Source of the DNA: a virus
IMG/VR virus record: IMGVR_UViG_3300036466_000273
Coordinates: 22,108-86,107 of that record
Length of the DNA: 64,000 bases
Strand: one strand, 5' to 3'
Notes under the pieces: model-generated
Seen by the model: the letters and a program-made list of their open reading frames with translations, nothing else
What the model was told of the DNA's origin: nothing
The model's database searches: none
Made by a program: the position numbers and the translations under genes
Shown here: positions 46,293 through 55,359 of the stretch, one piece after another
Layout of the letters: the number at the start of each line of letters is the position of its first letter
Numbering within the stretch: the first letter of the stretch is position 1

Positions 46293-48287
46293 TTATACTC
46301 CGCTATACTGCAGTGCATATTTAGCAGAGGCACCATCAATGATGTCGATGAAACCCATACGCTGTGAAGCTACGAGAACGCGACGTTGGTTAGAAACTTC
46401 GTAGTCGCTCTCTACAGTCATTCCACGTAGGCGAGGAATAACAAAGTTACGAGTGTTAACCGCTACAGCGTTGAACTTGCCAGCCGCTTTAGCTGCAAAC
46501 TCGTCACAAACTACAACGTTGGAGCCGAATACGCTACCTACGCGACCAGTAAGCTTAGTAGCCATGCTCTGACCAACAAGGTTAGCATCCTGGAATTCTG
46601 CATCATCAATCAGGTTGTAGTATGCTTCCTGAGATACGATGTAAATTACATCTTCAGGACGCAGACCGTATTTACCCATATTCTTGCGGAGGTTAAATAG
46701 GTCAGCAGTAGTGATAACATCGTCAGTAGTAAACCCAGTAGCTGCAGGCTGTACAGTCTGACCATCATCAGCGGCTAGTTTTACCAGACCGTCGAAAGAT
46801 GCTCCAGAAGTACCGAAAGCACCATCAGCATGGTTACCCAGAAGGATAGCATTTTCTACTGCACGTGCGTGAGAACGAATCATAGACTCGCGAATCAGAG
46901 GCAGAATAGGCAGAATTGCATCCTCTTCAGTCTCATTACCAAGGTAAGAAACTGACATAAGCTTCTTGGTAGAAACTGTGCGCTCTTGCAGGGTAACACC
47001 AGCATTATCGCCATAGGTAGCAGAACGCTCGTCCAAGTTACCGTTCGGTGCAGTAGCAGAAGTAGTCTGTGTAGACACAAACTCGGCATAGCCAGCATCC
47101 GGCAGGATAGGCATAATCATGGTAGCAGAGTTCATAGGCAGTTCGCGGAACATAGGAGCAAGAATCAGCTCATTCTGAATGTCACGCTCGATCTTAGTAG
47201 ATACGATCTGCTCGAAATCTTCGCTAGAAACCTGAACACCAGACATAGTATTGACTTTCTCAACCATATCTTTGGCGTACTTAGTATTCCAGCCTTTACC
47301 AGTAGCGAGACCAAGTACAAAAGTATCAGTCAGCTCTTCTTCATGGCTCTTCTTCCAATCTCCACCTTCACTACGGTCAGCAAAGTGGCGCTTAGAATCA
47401 CGCATTTTAGTAATCTCTTCAGATTTACTAGAAAGCTCGTCTTTCAGCTCTGCAACAATGCTTTCCAGAGCTTCGTTTTTCTCACTGAAACGCTTCTCAA
47501 CGTCTTCCATGAGTTTCTCAGCAGAGGTTTTAACCTTTACATCAAACTCTTTCTGAGCTTTTTCAGCCTCAGCAGCAGCTTTTGCATCTTCAGCAGCTTT
47601 AGCACTCTGTGCTTCAGTGATAGCAGAAGCAGTTTTTGTTGCTACGTCATCCATAAGTTTCTGTAGTTCTTTGGGATCCATTTCGTTTTTCTCCTTTGAA
47701 TGTGACTTATTGTCACTGTCTGCCGAATCTACAGCTGAATCTTGAGCATTTACTGAATCTTCAGCTGGTTGCTCGGCTGTGTCGACAATGTCGTTAATAA
47801 ATTTCTTGTACTCTTCACTAGAGTCAAAAGATTTAGATACTGAGAATACAGCATCCTGATTGCACGGTACTGAGACTACTGATACTTCGTAAAGTTCAGC
47901 TTCTTTAATTACAAACAAGTCTGAAGCAGAATCGTAATCTGCATCTTTTACCATAAAGCCTACAGAAAAGGCTTTCAGTACATCATCTTCGATAAGGTCA
48001 GCTACATTATCAGCAGCCTTTCTAGAAATTTCAGCTTCAATCTCTAATCCTTTATCAGTGATTTCGATGCTAGTAGTGCGACCAATCGGCTTATCATAGT
48101 TATGGTTAAAAAGTAGAATTGGATTCTTTTGGTAATCCGCTATACCTTTGCTCCAAGCCTCTGGTAGTATTACGTCTCCAGCGCGGTCAGTATCATTAGT
48201 ACTAGCATAACCTTTGATCTTTACTTTTTCCTCACCAACCTCTTTCTTGGTTAGCTGAGTTTTAAGAAAGAGCTTCTTATTCAGCAT
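46293..48287 (-). CDS. Fused HK97 prohead protease + major capsid protein
   Basis: N-terminal GYAST..DR.GD, NP.LLFNH, FSVGF, L.EVSVVSVP.N; C-terminal T5 pb8-like HK97 fold with coiled-coil delta domain. Confidence 0.93.
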   Translation of the reverse strand: MLNKKLFLKTQLTKKEVGEEKVKIKGYASTNDTDRAGDVILPEAWSKGIADYQKNPILLFNHNYDKPIGRTTSIEITDKGLEIEAEISRKAADNVADLIEDDVLKAFSVGFMVKDADYDSASDLFVIKEAELYEVSVVSVPCNQDAVFSVSKSFDSSEEYKKFINDIVDTAEQPAEDSVNAQDSAVDSADSDNKSHSKEKNEMDPKELQKLMDDVATKTASAITEAQSAKAAEDAKAAAEAEKAQKEFDVKVKTSAEKLMEDVEKRFSEKNEALESIVAELKDELSSKSEEITKMRDSKRHFADRSEGGDWKKSHEEELTDTFVLGLATGKGWNTKYAKDMVEKVNTMSGVQVSSEDFEQIVSTKIERDIQNELILAPMFRELPMNSATMIMPILPDAGYAEFVSTQTTSATAPNGNLDERSATYGDNAGVTLQERTVSTKKLMSVSYLGNETEEDAILPILPLIRESMIRSHARAVENAILLGNHADGAFGTSGASFDGLVKLAADDGQTVQPAATGFTTDDVITTADLFNLRKNMGKYGLRPEDVIYIVSQEAYYNLIDDAEFQDANLVGQSMATKLTGRVGSVFGSNVVVCDEFAAKAAGKFNAVAVNTRNFVIPRLRGMTVESDYEVSNQRRVLVASQRMGFIDIIDGASAKYALQYSGV

Positions 48288-48552
48288 TATCCTTCTCCTT
48301 TATAGCTGCAAAGTTGGGTTTGGGACGTTCTTTAGGCTCTTCTTCTACTTGAATTTCTCCAATTTTCTCGTATTTTTCTGGAAAATTATAGCTAATAAGC
48401 TTATCAAGTCGAGACCATGAACCAATAGTCCTAGTAACTACTGCAGCCCGTATCGGAGTGTCATCACGTTTTGCATACTCACGTTTATCAAGAATTTCTC
48501 CAATCTCAATAAAGTAATCTGCAAGTTGTTCCAATACACGTTTCCTTGTCAT
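48277..48552 (-). CDS. Hypothetical protein
   Basis: Overlaps the portal stop and the protease start. Confidence 0.7.
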   Translation of the reverse strand: MTRKRVLEQLADYFIEIGEILDKREYAKRDDTPIRAAVVTRTIGSWSRLDKLISYNFPEKYEKIGEIQVEEEPKERPKPNFAAIKEKDNAE

Positions 48553-49754
48553 TCGTCTTCTCCTTCGGCGGGTCTTCCGCCCTCGGCGGGGTTTGCCGCA
48601 CTGCCTGCTATATTTGCTGGAATCCTAATCTCGTCGAGCCCATCAATTGGGTCTCTCCCTAGCTTCTCTCTAGCCTCGTTAGGAGTAATTACACCACCAT
48701 TAACTAATGAGGTAAGGTAACTAGATTGATCGCTAAGAGTAGGCTGCAAGGCAGGAGTATTAGTTGCATCCTCATGCACTTCATATCCAAAGAACCTTGA
48801 CAAACCATCATTAATCTTGCGAACAATGGGTAATACAGTTTCTAGGTAGTAAAGCTTATGATTCGGTGCAATATTAGCATTATTTCCTCCATCAAACAAA
48901 ATCGGAGGAACTCCTAAAGCCTTAAGAATAGTTTTTTCACAGTCTGAGCAGGCACTTTGAAAATCCAACTCTTTAAAATTTACATTTGATACAGAGTCAA
49001 TCTCTAACCCACCATCTAATATCATTGGGGAACGCCCCCCACTTTCTGGACGATAACGTAATCTCCAACTTTGTAGCAAACGTTCTTTTATTTTTTCACT
49101 AAGAGAATCTGGGCTCTTTAGTACTAATCCTGGTACAGCTCCATTATTAAAGAAGTTCTTCTGGAACTTACGAAGCTTAAGTAGCAAATCCATAGTATCT
49201 GAAGCTGCTTTAAGTCTTGAAGTTCCACGATATATTGATCTGAAAGAATTTTCTTTTATATGGATTATTTCGTCAGGACTGTAGTCAATAAGACCAGAAT
49301 AACTATAATGACTAACAAATGTTCGTTCATCAGTATGAATGGATACCTTATCAGCGGGGAGGTGGTACATATGAGCCCCGTCCCAGTAGATAAACATATT
49401 ACCATCAACTAGTAAATCTACAATTAAATTTCTTTTAAACGTGCTAACATCCTGAAAGGGGTTAGGCTCATACTTTAGTACTCTTTCAACAGTATTTTTC
49501 CTAACGCCTTTAACTACAGGGCTTACACCTTTTTGCTGATTACCTACAGCACATGGTAAGTCTGCTGAGTCATCAACAATCATATTAATTGCACGGTTTA
49601 CAATTTCAATGGACTCATACTGATTTCGATAATTGGTGGGGGAAGCGTGAGAATATATTTCACTACCTTCTCGTTGTCCGATTAGAGTTTGAGCTGGATT
49701 TAACTTTTCTTCAACTTCTTCAGTTTTGTTTTTTCTCCAGTTAAACAAGCCCAT
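48549..49754 (-). CDS. Portal protein (HK97 type)
   Basis: EPNPFQD, D.L.DGN.FIY.D, FF.NGA.PG, LDGG, ALGVPP, G.ITPNEAR. Confidence 0.95.
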   Translation of the reverse strand: MGLFNWRKNKTEEVEEKLNPAQTLIGQREGSEIYSHASPTNYRNQYESIEIVNRAINMIVDDSADLPCAVGNQQKGVSPVVKGVRKNTVERVLKYEPNPFQDVSTFKRNLIVDLLVDGNMFIYWDGAHMYHLPADKVSIHTDERTFVSHYSYSGLIDYSPDEIIHIKENSFRSIYRGTSRLKAASDTMDLLLKLRKFQKNFFNNGAVPGLVLKSPDSLSEKIKERLLQSWRLRYRPESGGRSPMILDGGLEIDSVSNVNFKELDFQSACSDCEKTILKALGVPPILFDGGNNANIAPNHKLYYLETVLPIVRKINDGLSRFFGYEVHEDATNTPALQPTLSDQSSYLTSLVNGGVITPNEAREKLGRDPIDGLDEIRIPANIAGSAANPAEGGRPAEGEDE

Positions 49755-50115
49755 TTTTAATCCTTTGTTTTTCTACCCAGCGTTCCTGCTTTGCAGCAGT
49801 ACCAAGCCCGGGCTTCTGTCCATATACTTTATGCAGTCTACTGTGACAGCTTTTACATAAAGTAACAGTTTTATTATAAATTTGATCGTGGTGTTCTTCA
49901 ATAAAACGATCTCGATGTTCTACGATATCTGAAGGACTAATCTTCTCCTTACGCAACCATCGATCTAACATTGCAGTCATACTTGTATAGTGATGAAACT
50001 CTAACTCTTCATTAGCTCCGCACATTCTACAAACAGAATCTTTCGTGTAAGCTGACTTAGCTCGATCACGCACATACTTAACTGCATCTCTTTTTAGATT
50101 TGACATTTCAACCAC
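49741..50115 (-). CDS. HNH nicking endonuclease (T5-type, upstream of portal)
   Basis: KYVRD.AKS.Y.K...C..CG...LEFHH...TLC..CH..LH. Confidence 0.85.
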   Translation of the reverse strand: MVEMSNLKRDAVKYVRDRAKSAYTKDSVCRMCGANEELEFHHYTSMTAMLDRWLRKEKISPSDIVEHRDRFIEEHHDQIYNKTVTLCKSCHSRLHKVYGQKPGLGTAAKQERWVEKQRIKNGLV

Positions 50116-50123
50116 CTATAGAA

Positions 50124-50152
50124 ATGATACCATCACTACCATATCAAGTCAA
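50124..50152 (-). promoter_or_regulatory. sigma70-type late promoter for head genes
   Basis: TTGACT-17-TATCAT on the minus strand. Confidence 0.65.
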
Positions 50153-50162
50153 CAATAATTTT

Positions 50163-50580
50163 TTATTGGGATGTAAATTCTTTAACGAATACGTAATTTC
50201 CACAATCAAAGTATCTTAGATACCCATTATCTAGCATATTTTCTACTTCTGTCTTAGACTCGTCAAAGTTATCTAAAAGATTGGGGAGCTTGTGTTTTTG
50301 AAATTTATACCTGGGAAAAACTTTACCACTCTTATAATAGAAGTAATTGGGCTTAGATTTGTGAGACTCAGTAAAACCTAATTGCAAGTATAGGCCTCCT
50401 GAACCCCATCTGCGATCACAATAGCTTATTATAGAGGTTGGTTTATACTTTCTCTCAAAGTATTTTAAAAGTCTAGACGCGCCACCTACTATAGTAGTAT
50501 TTAATTCACTACTATACCTGATAAGTTCCCATTGGTATTTACTGTTAAATCTAGGCTTTGCAAAAGACATTACCGCTACT
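50163..50580 (-). pseudogene. C-terminal fragment of a Hef-like homing endonuclease
   Basis: VAVMSF.KPRF...WEL.R......VGGAS.LL..F...IISY.DRRW..G.LY..LGF...DCGN; lacks a native start. Confidence 0.8.
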
Positions 50581-50732
50581 TTCAGCGTTTCTATGTTAAA
50601 TGGAGTTTCCAAAGTAATCACAATTTAAACATCTTACACTCTACACAATGATGCCCAGAGAATAAGTATATCAGCACTCGCTTGTTCTCTGGGCATTTTA
50701 GCTCCGAAGCAAATAGAACTCAATGTTTGCAT

Positions 50733-50819
50733 TTATAAAGCGAATATCTTACTATTTCTTTCAAACATTCTCTCCTGATACGCTAAAGCGATTGCCTTTG
50801 CTATCTGTGTTGCTTCTTG
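50733..50819 (-). pseudogene. Orphan 3' end of a paralogue of 51202..51747
   Basis: QEATQIAKAIALAYQERMFERNSKIFAL* versus EQASNIAATIAIAYRERMFERNSKLAEI*. Confidence 0.8.
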
Positions 50820-50859
50820 AACCTCCCCATATCTAAAGAAAGGGGATTCCGGGAGGATG

Positions 50860-50997
50860 TCAATACACCTCAAACACAGGCAACATCCCAACAAATTCTT
50901 CCTCATCCACCGTAGGCGTTGCCCTGGTGCCGCTCTTTACATCGGCCAGAATGTTCCGTGCAGCTTCCCATACAACGCTCCGATATATTGAAGCCGC
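50860..50997 (-). pseudogene. Orphan 3' end of a tail-fibre-assembly-like gene, homologous to 28007..28325
   Basis: VWEAARNILADVKSGTRATPTVDEEEFVGMLPVFEVY*; in-frame stop upstream, no start. Confidence 0.8.
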
Positions 50998-51201
50998 CTA
51001 ATTCTGTATACTTGAAGTTGTATGTATGCGAAAGTTGCAATAAAAAAATGAATTGCAAAAACTGCAATCCCTCTCGTTATTATTTAGAAAGTGTAGCTAT
51101 AAATATATATTCAACCTTATGTTGGCTGAATGTATATGCTGTTGCGCGTTGTTTGAAATTACACATCGTTGACATACATCTATCGTAATAAATCTATTTA
51201 G

Positions 51202-51747
51202 TTAGATTTCAGCCAGCTTACTATTTCTCTCAAACATACGTTCTCGGTACGCAATAGCGATGGTTGCTGCAATATTAGACGCCTGCTCAAAGCTAATGGC
51301 TTCGTGGTTTATATTATAAGCATCCCATAGTGTTACATCCATTTCCCCATTAGCCTGGGCCAGTTGTATTGCTCCGTTTATTGCAGCAGCACTGCCGTCT
51401 CCACCATTCCATAAAATACCGTTTACTTCGACTGGAGGATGAGTTTTATACTGTGCTTTAATAGCTTCCCTCTTTTCTTGTTTTCTTTCTTCTTCCTCTA
51501 TAGCATTCTGTTCAGCTATAATTTCGTCATACAATTCTTGGTTAGCTACATTCCAAGAACCGTCAAAAGACATTGCATTGGGGATGAAAATTTTTGGCTC
51601 TGGTGCAGTTACTACTTCATAAACGTCTGGGGTTATATCTAGTATTCGTTCTGGACTTCGTAAGCCAACGTCAGTAATACGGACGATATGTGTATCATCA
51701 TAGAGCCTTATTACTATTTTTGTCTCTCTATGTCTAATTGCTTTCAT
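51202..51747 (-). CDS. Tail fibre assembly/chaperone protein (DUF4376-like C-terminus)
   Basis: Immediately downstream of the fibre; SD GGAGG; V.VNG..W.G...SA..I..A......W. Confidence 0.7.
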   Translation of the reverse strand: MKAIRHRETKIVIRLYDDTHIVRITDVGLRSPERILDITPDVYEVVTAPEPKIFIPNAMSFDGSWNVANQELYDEIIAEQNAIEEEERKQEKREAIKAQYKTHPPVEVNGILWNGGDGSAAAINGAIQLAQANGEMDVTLWDAYNINHEAISFEQASNIAATIAIAYRERMFERNSKLAEI

Positions 51748-51766
51748 AATCTAAACTCCTCCGTCG

Positions 51767-54322
51767 TTAGGTAGTGCCTACTGTTAACTTAGTTGTGGAT
51801 AGTGCTTTACCAGCAACTGGGTACCCTGCGTCAGAAGTTATAAGTGAACCATCATAATCTAGCCAATATACAGTTCCACTATTCAGCCCAGTTTGATTTT
51901 CATCTACCGCGTATTGGGTAGCGACAGTTAAAGATTCGGTGTCTGATACGGCTTGTTGAGAGAAACCAATAAATTCTTGGGCGTTTGTATTAACTCCAGA
52001 AGAATTTTCAATGACGTTTGCTACAAACTTATAAATACCTCCTACGTTTTGTCTCGAAGATATAACTACATATTGGGATACAGGGTCGTATATTACCTTT
52101 GTGAATGTTGTCGTATTAGACATATATGTGACAGGGCTACTTACAGATATAGTCATTCCTGCTAATGTTACAGAATATACTTTATCTTGAATTACTAATA
52201 CAAATGAATCATGTAATACATCATAACAGATGTCATTATAAGAAGATGACGTTAATGTTACAGGATCCCCTACAGTTACATTATCACTGACATCTATATC
52301 AAAAGCTAGGACGGTCTGTAGATAACTGTTATCCAAATTTTTAAACGAAATGACAAGTTTATTATCTACAGTAGAATAAGCTGTACGTATACTTTGAGAA
52401 TCATACTGCCCCACCATAGTAGTGGAACCAGCTGTAATTCCTCCGTCAGTTACATTTAACACAGAATAACTCAAGTAATTATTATTGTCTTTATTTGGAA
52501 ATAGAGCTATATATTTATCAGAAGCCTCATGATACGCTAAGTTAATATTATAAGAATTTGTATTTGTATGGATAACTATTTCCGGCCCAGCTGTTAGCGT
52601 TTCTGTTACAGGATCAAGCGAAGTTACAGTTGCATATAATACGTTATCATCTCCGTAAACAGAAACGATCTGGTCATTAACAGAGTCGTATATCATCTCT
52701 ACACTATCAGGGTACCTTCCATTAAATGGCTCAATAAACGCACCCCGAATTAAAGAGCCAAATTCGTCTATGGTATAAACATACATTCTATTCCGGGGAA
52801 CTACAGCAGTAATGCCCGAGGTACAATAAACCAGGGACATGCTATCAGTTAGGTTGTTAATATTATTCTCAGAAACGATATCAATTTGGTCATTAGTTAT
52901 ACGAAGTACTGAACAAAAGAAATCATCAGAAACATCGTCATTTATAGCAGGAGCAAGTATATAATCATTTACTGGATCGTATACCATACTGTGATTGCCG
53001 CCTTTATCGCTAAACGAAGAACTGACGTTATCTATTAACAACATATCCATGTATTCACCATAAACTTCACTAACAGTATCGTCAGTGTTAAGTGCTAGAG
53101 CCTTTCCAGCAGCTGTTATTTCCCCACTAGCGGTGAATGTAGGTAATGACCCTGCTTGAGCAACCTTCTCATCAAGTACACGCCCTTGGTTGGCAGATAA
53201 GGCATTAGTTGTGCTGGTGGAAGTAAGATTATCCTCAACCGTTACCTGGGTATCATCCAGGAGTGCGCTAAAGTCCACGGTGAAGGTAGAGGCATCATCC
53301 CGCTCAAACGTAGCAATACCCGTGGCTCCATCCAGAGTGCCCGATACAAGCCTTGCAAGGTTGGTATCATCGAGGTACAGACTGAGGTCTATGTCATGCG
53401 ACACGCCGTTTTCATCCACGTATGTAAGGATGTTGGTTGTGAGGGATAAACTTGTTACGGTTTCGGCTGCTTGCACTGCGGTGTCGAAGTCAGAGATGGT
53501 ACTGGCTGTCTGAGTACCGGTGTGGTTGGCGCGTGATCTGTCGCTGATGTGGTAGTGCAGGGATGTATCGCCTTCATCAGTTAAATCCGTGGCGTTGGTG
53601 TCGGAGATGTTGTTTGCTTCAGCTCCATTCTCAATCGCAGCCAGTTTCGCCTTTTCTGCATCCGTATAAGCGTTGGTGTCCGCGTTGGACTCGTACAAGC
53701 TTTTTACTTCTGTGGCGTCCAGGCTGTCGCTTATCTCCACGTATACGGTAGTCGCCCAGCGGTAAATGTTGCCGGTGTCCAGGGCGACATATATCTTGCC
53801 TGCCTCGCCCGTTGCAGGGAACGATGCCGCATCGGCGTACTCCAGCACATCATCAACAAAGCCGGGCAACTGGCTTGATGGTACCGTGCCGCCCACCAGG
53901 TCTGCCTTACCGTCCAGCGCCGTCTGTTGGGCTGTGCTGACGGGTTTGTCAGCATCACTGGTGTTGTCTACCTGCCCCAGCCCCACCTGTGCAGCCGTCA
54001 CGCCGTGGGGGTTGTCGGTCAGGTTTGCGTGGGCATTCACCCGCGCCTGCACCTCTGTGCCGGTGTCGTACTGGCTATGCGGGTCAGCGGCTTGCTCGTG
54101 CGCTGTAACCGCTGCCTCTGCAGACCCGGCGGGGTCAGCCCCGATACTGTCAGGGGTTTCTCCATGAACATTTTCACCGATTGTAGCGATGTGATTATCT
54201 GCTGCAAGCAGGCTATTCTGCTGCTCTGGAGTCAAAGCCGCGGAATCTCCGAGCACCTCAAGAGTCATAGATTGCCCTGCAACAAGTCCTTCGCTGTTTA
54301 CTTGTTCTACAATCATCTTCAT
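51767..54322 (-). CDS. Tail fibre/receptor-binding protein (mosaic)
   Basis: NPHGVTAAQVGLG.VDNTSD.DKPVS.AQQ.ALD, SQLP..VDDVLEY....FP.TGE.GKIY, LTSTST..ALSANQG..L, C-terminal beta-repeat head. Confidence 0.88.
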   Translation of the reverse strand: MKMIVEQVNSEGLVAGQSMTLEVLGDSAALTPEQQNSLLAADNHIATIGENVHGETPDSIGADPAGSAEAAVTAHEQAADPHSQYDTGTEVQARVNAHANLTDNPHGVTAAQVGLGQVDNTSDADKPVSTAQQTALDGKADLVGGTVPSSQLPGFVDDVLEYADAASFPATGEAGKIYVALDTGNIYRWATTVYVEISDSLDATEVKSLYESNADTNAYTDAEKAKLAAIENGAEANNISDTNATDLTDEGDTSLHYHISDRSRANHTGTQTASTISDFDTAVQAAETVTSLSLTTNILTYVDENGVSHDIDLSLYLDDTNLARLVSGTLDGATGIATFERDDASTFTVDFSALLDDTQVTVEDNLTSTSTTNALSANQGRVLDEKVAQAGSLPTFTASGEITAAGKALALNTDDTVSEVYGEYMDMLLIDNVSSSFSDKGGNHSMVYDPVNDYILAPAINDDVSDDFFCSVLRITNDQIDIVSENNINNLTDSMSLVYCTSGITAVVPRNRMYVYTIDEFGSLIRGAFIEPFNGRYPDSVEMIYDSVNDQIVSVYGDDNVLYATVTSLDPVTETLTAGPEIVIHTNTNSYNINLAYHEASDKYIALFPNKDNNNYLSYSVLNVTDGGITAGSTTMVGQYDSQSIRTAYSTVDNKLVISFKNLDNSYLQTVLAFDIDVSDNVTVGDPVTLTSSSYNDICYDVLHDSFVLVIQDKVYSVTLAGMTISVSSPVTYMSNTTTFTKVIYDPVSQYVVISSRQNVGGIYKFVANVIENSSGVNTNAQEFIGFSQQAVSDTESLTVATQYAVDENQTGLNSGTVYWLDYDGSLITSDAGYPVAGKALSTTKLTVGTT

Positions 54323-54657
54323 TATGCTATCTCCGGATCAATCACCATGGTAAGCTGCCGATCTGTGGTACTCTCGCGGTTCCAGGTGCGTATACCCCCA
54401 GCAGCATCCGTCACCTGGATCTCATACACCCACTTACCCTCGGTCAGATCCCCAGGCTCCCACTCCACCAGCCACTTGCCGTTGTCCGCATCCAGGATGG
54501 TGGCGGTTTTGACCAGCGGAGTATTGTACTTGATGTGCAGCTCCACGCTTGCGCCGTTCAAATCGACAGGGGTACCGTCGTCTTCGGTGATGGTGCCTCG
54601 AAGCTTAGGCAGAGTGTCGTTTTCAACAAAGCGTATTTCGTTGGGTTTTAGTGCCAT
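54322..54657 (-). CDS. BppU-N-like baseplate/fibre adaptor
   Basis: NDT.P.L..T..DDG.PVDL.GA.V...G......W...D...G...YEIQVT. Confidence 0.75.
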   Translation of the reverse strand: MALKPNEIRFVENDTLPKLRGTITEDDGTPVDLNGASVELHIKYNTPLVKTATILDADNGKWLVEWEPGDLTEGKWVYEIQVTDAAGGIRTWNRESTTDRQLTMVIDPEIA

Positions 54658-54742
54658 TTTGGGGGCTCCTTTTATTTTTCAAAAGTTGTGGAAATAGTCA
54701 AAAAAATTAGGTCTTTGTGGTTAATAATGTGAGATAAAGTTA

Positions 54743-54935
54743 TCAAACTACGTATTCGTCAAAGTAGTCCTGATATGTATTATAGTTTTCCAATGCGTAA
54801 GCTATATTCTCTTGAGTGTCATAAATTTTAGGTGAAAAATAGTACCTAAAAGTTGTCCATCCATCAGGAAACGTGCTGCCAAACAGGTTGTCTCCCCCGA
54901 AATAAGCCGAAATGCTAACCCCATCGCCGTTAAGT
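54743..54935 (-). pseudogene. 3' fragment of an unrelated gene
   Basis: Open frame ending ...QDYFDEYVV* that begins where the upstream fragment breaks off. Confidence 0.45.
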
Positions 54936-55163
54936 TCAGCACAGATACCCAAAACATGCATCACTTGCAAAAGACCAGCCATTGATCAACTGGTACTCAC
55001 GTGGTGTCTGTGCCGACATTGATACAGGGTCGTCCATTTGTGACGCATCGTCGAACACGTCCATTAGCCAGCTGTAGAACTCCTGCACTGTATAGCGTGT
55101 AGTGCCCGCTGTGTGGGTTATTGTTTTTGCTGTGTAATCTAACGTCCAGTCATCTTGAATCAT
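54936..55163 (-). pseudogene. 5' fragment of a virion structural gene
   Basis: MIQDDWT.DY..K.I.H..GT..YTV.E.YS.LMD..DD...MDDP..MSAQTP..Y..INGW resembles the start of much longer proteins; stops at codon 76. Confidence 0.6.
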
Positions 55164-55356
55164 TTGTCGTCACCTCGCTTTATGTGGCCTTTGAATAATG
55201 GTGCTGGTAAAATTCCTAAATCGTCTTTGTCCGGGATGAAATGCTCAAAATACTCATTCGGCTCTGGTGGATGCCAAAGCACGTGTATGCGTATGAAAAA
55301 ATGATTGTGTCTGCTTTTGCGAAAGCATAGATAGCCGCCCTCTTTGCGCCACTTCC
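55160..55356 (-). pseudogene. Small phage gene with disrupted 5' end
   Basis: WR..GGYL..RKSRH...H.LW......HF.P......P.PLFKG..KRGD; the SD-led ATG is out of frame. Confidence 0.5.
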
Positions 55357-55359
55357 ATT

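Noticed and set aside
46986-47666. 226-aa plus-strand ORF
   Set aside because: Antisense to the codon-biased capsid gene; no SD or motif
50640-51200. Integron cassettes or invertible shufflon
   Set aside because: No RYYYAAC/GTTRRRY attC ends, no repeated crossover sites, all pieces co-oriented, no integrase or invertase
53927-54697. 256-aa plus-strand ORF
   Set aside because: Antisense shadow in the GC-rich fibre segment
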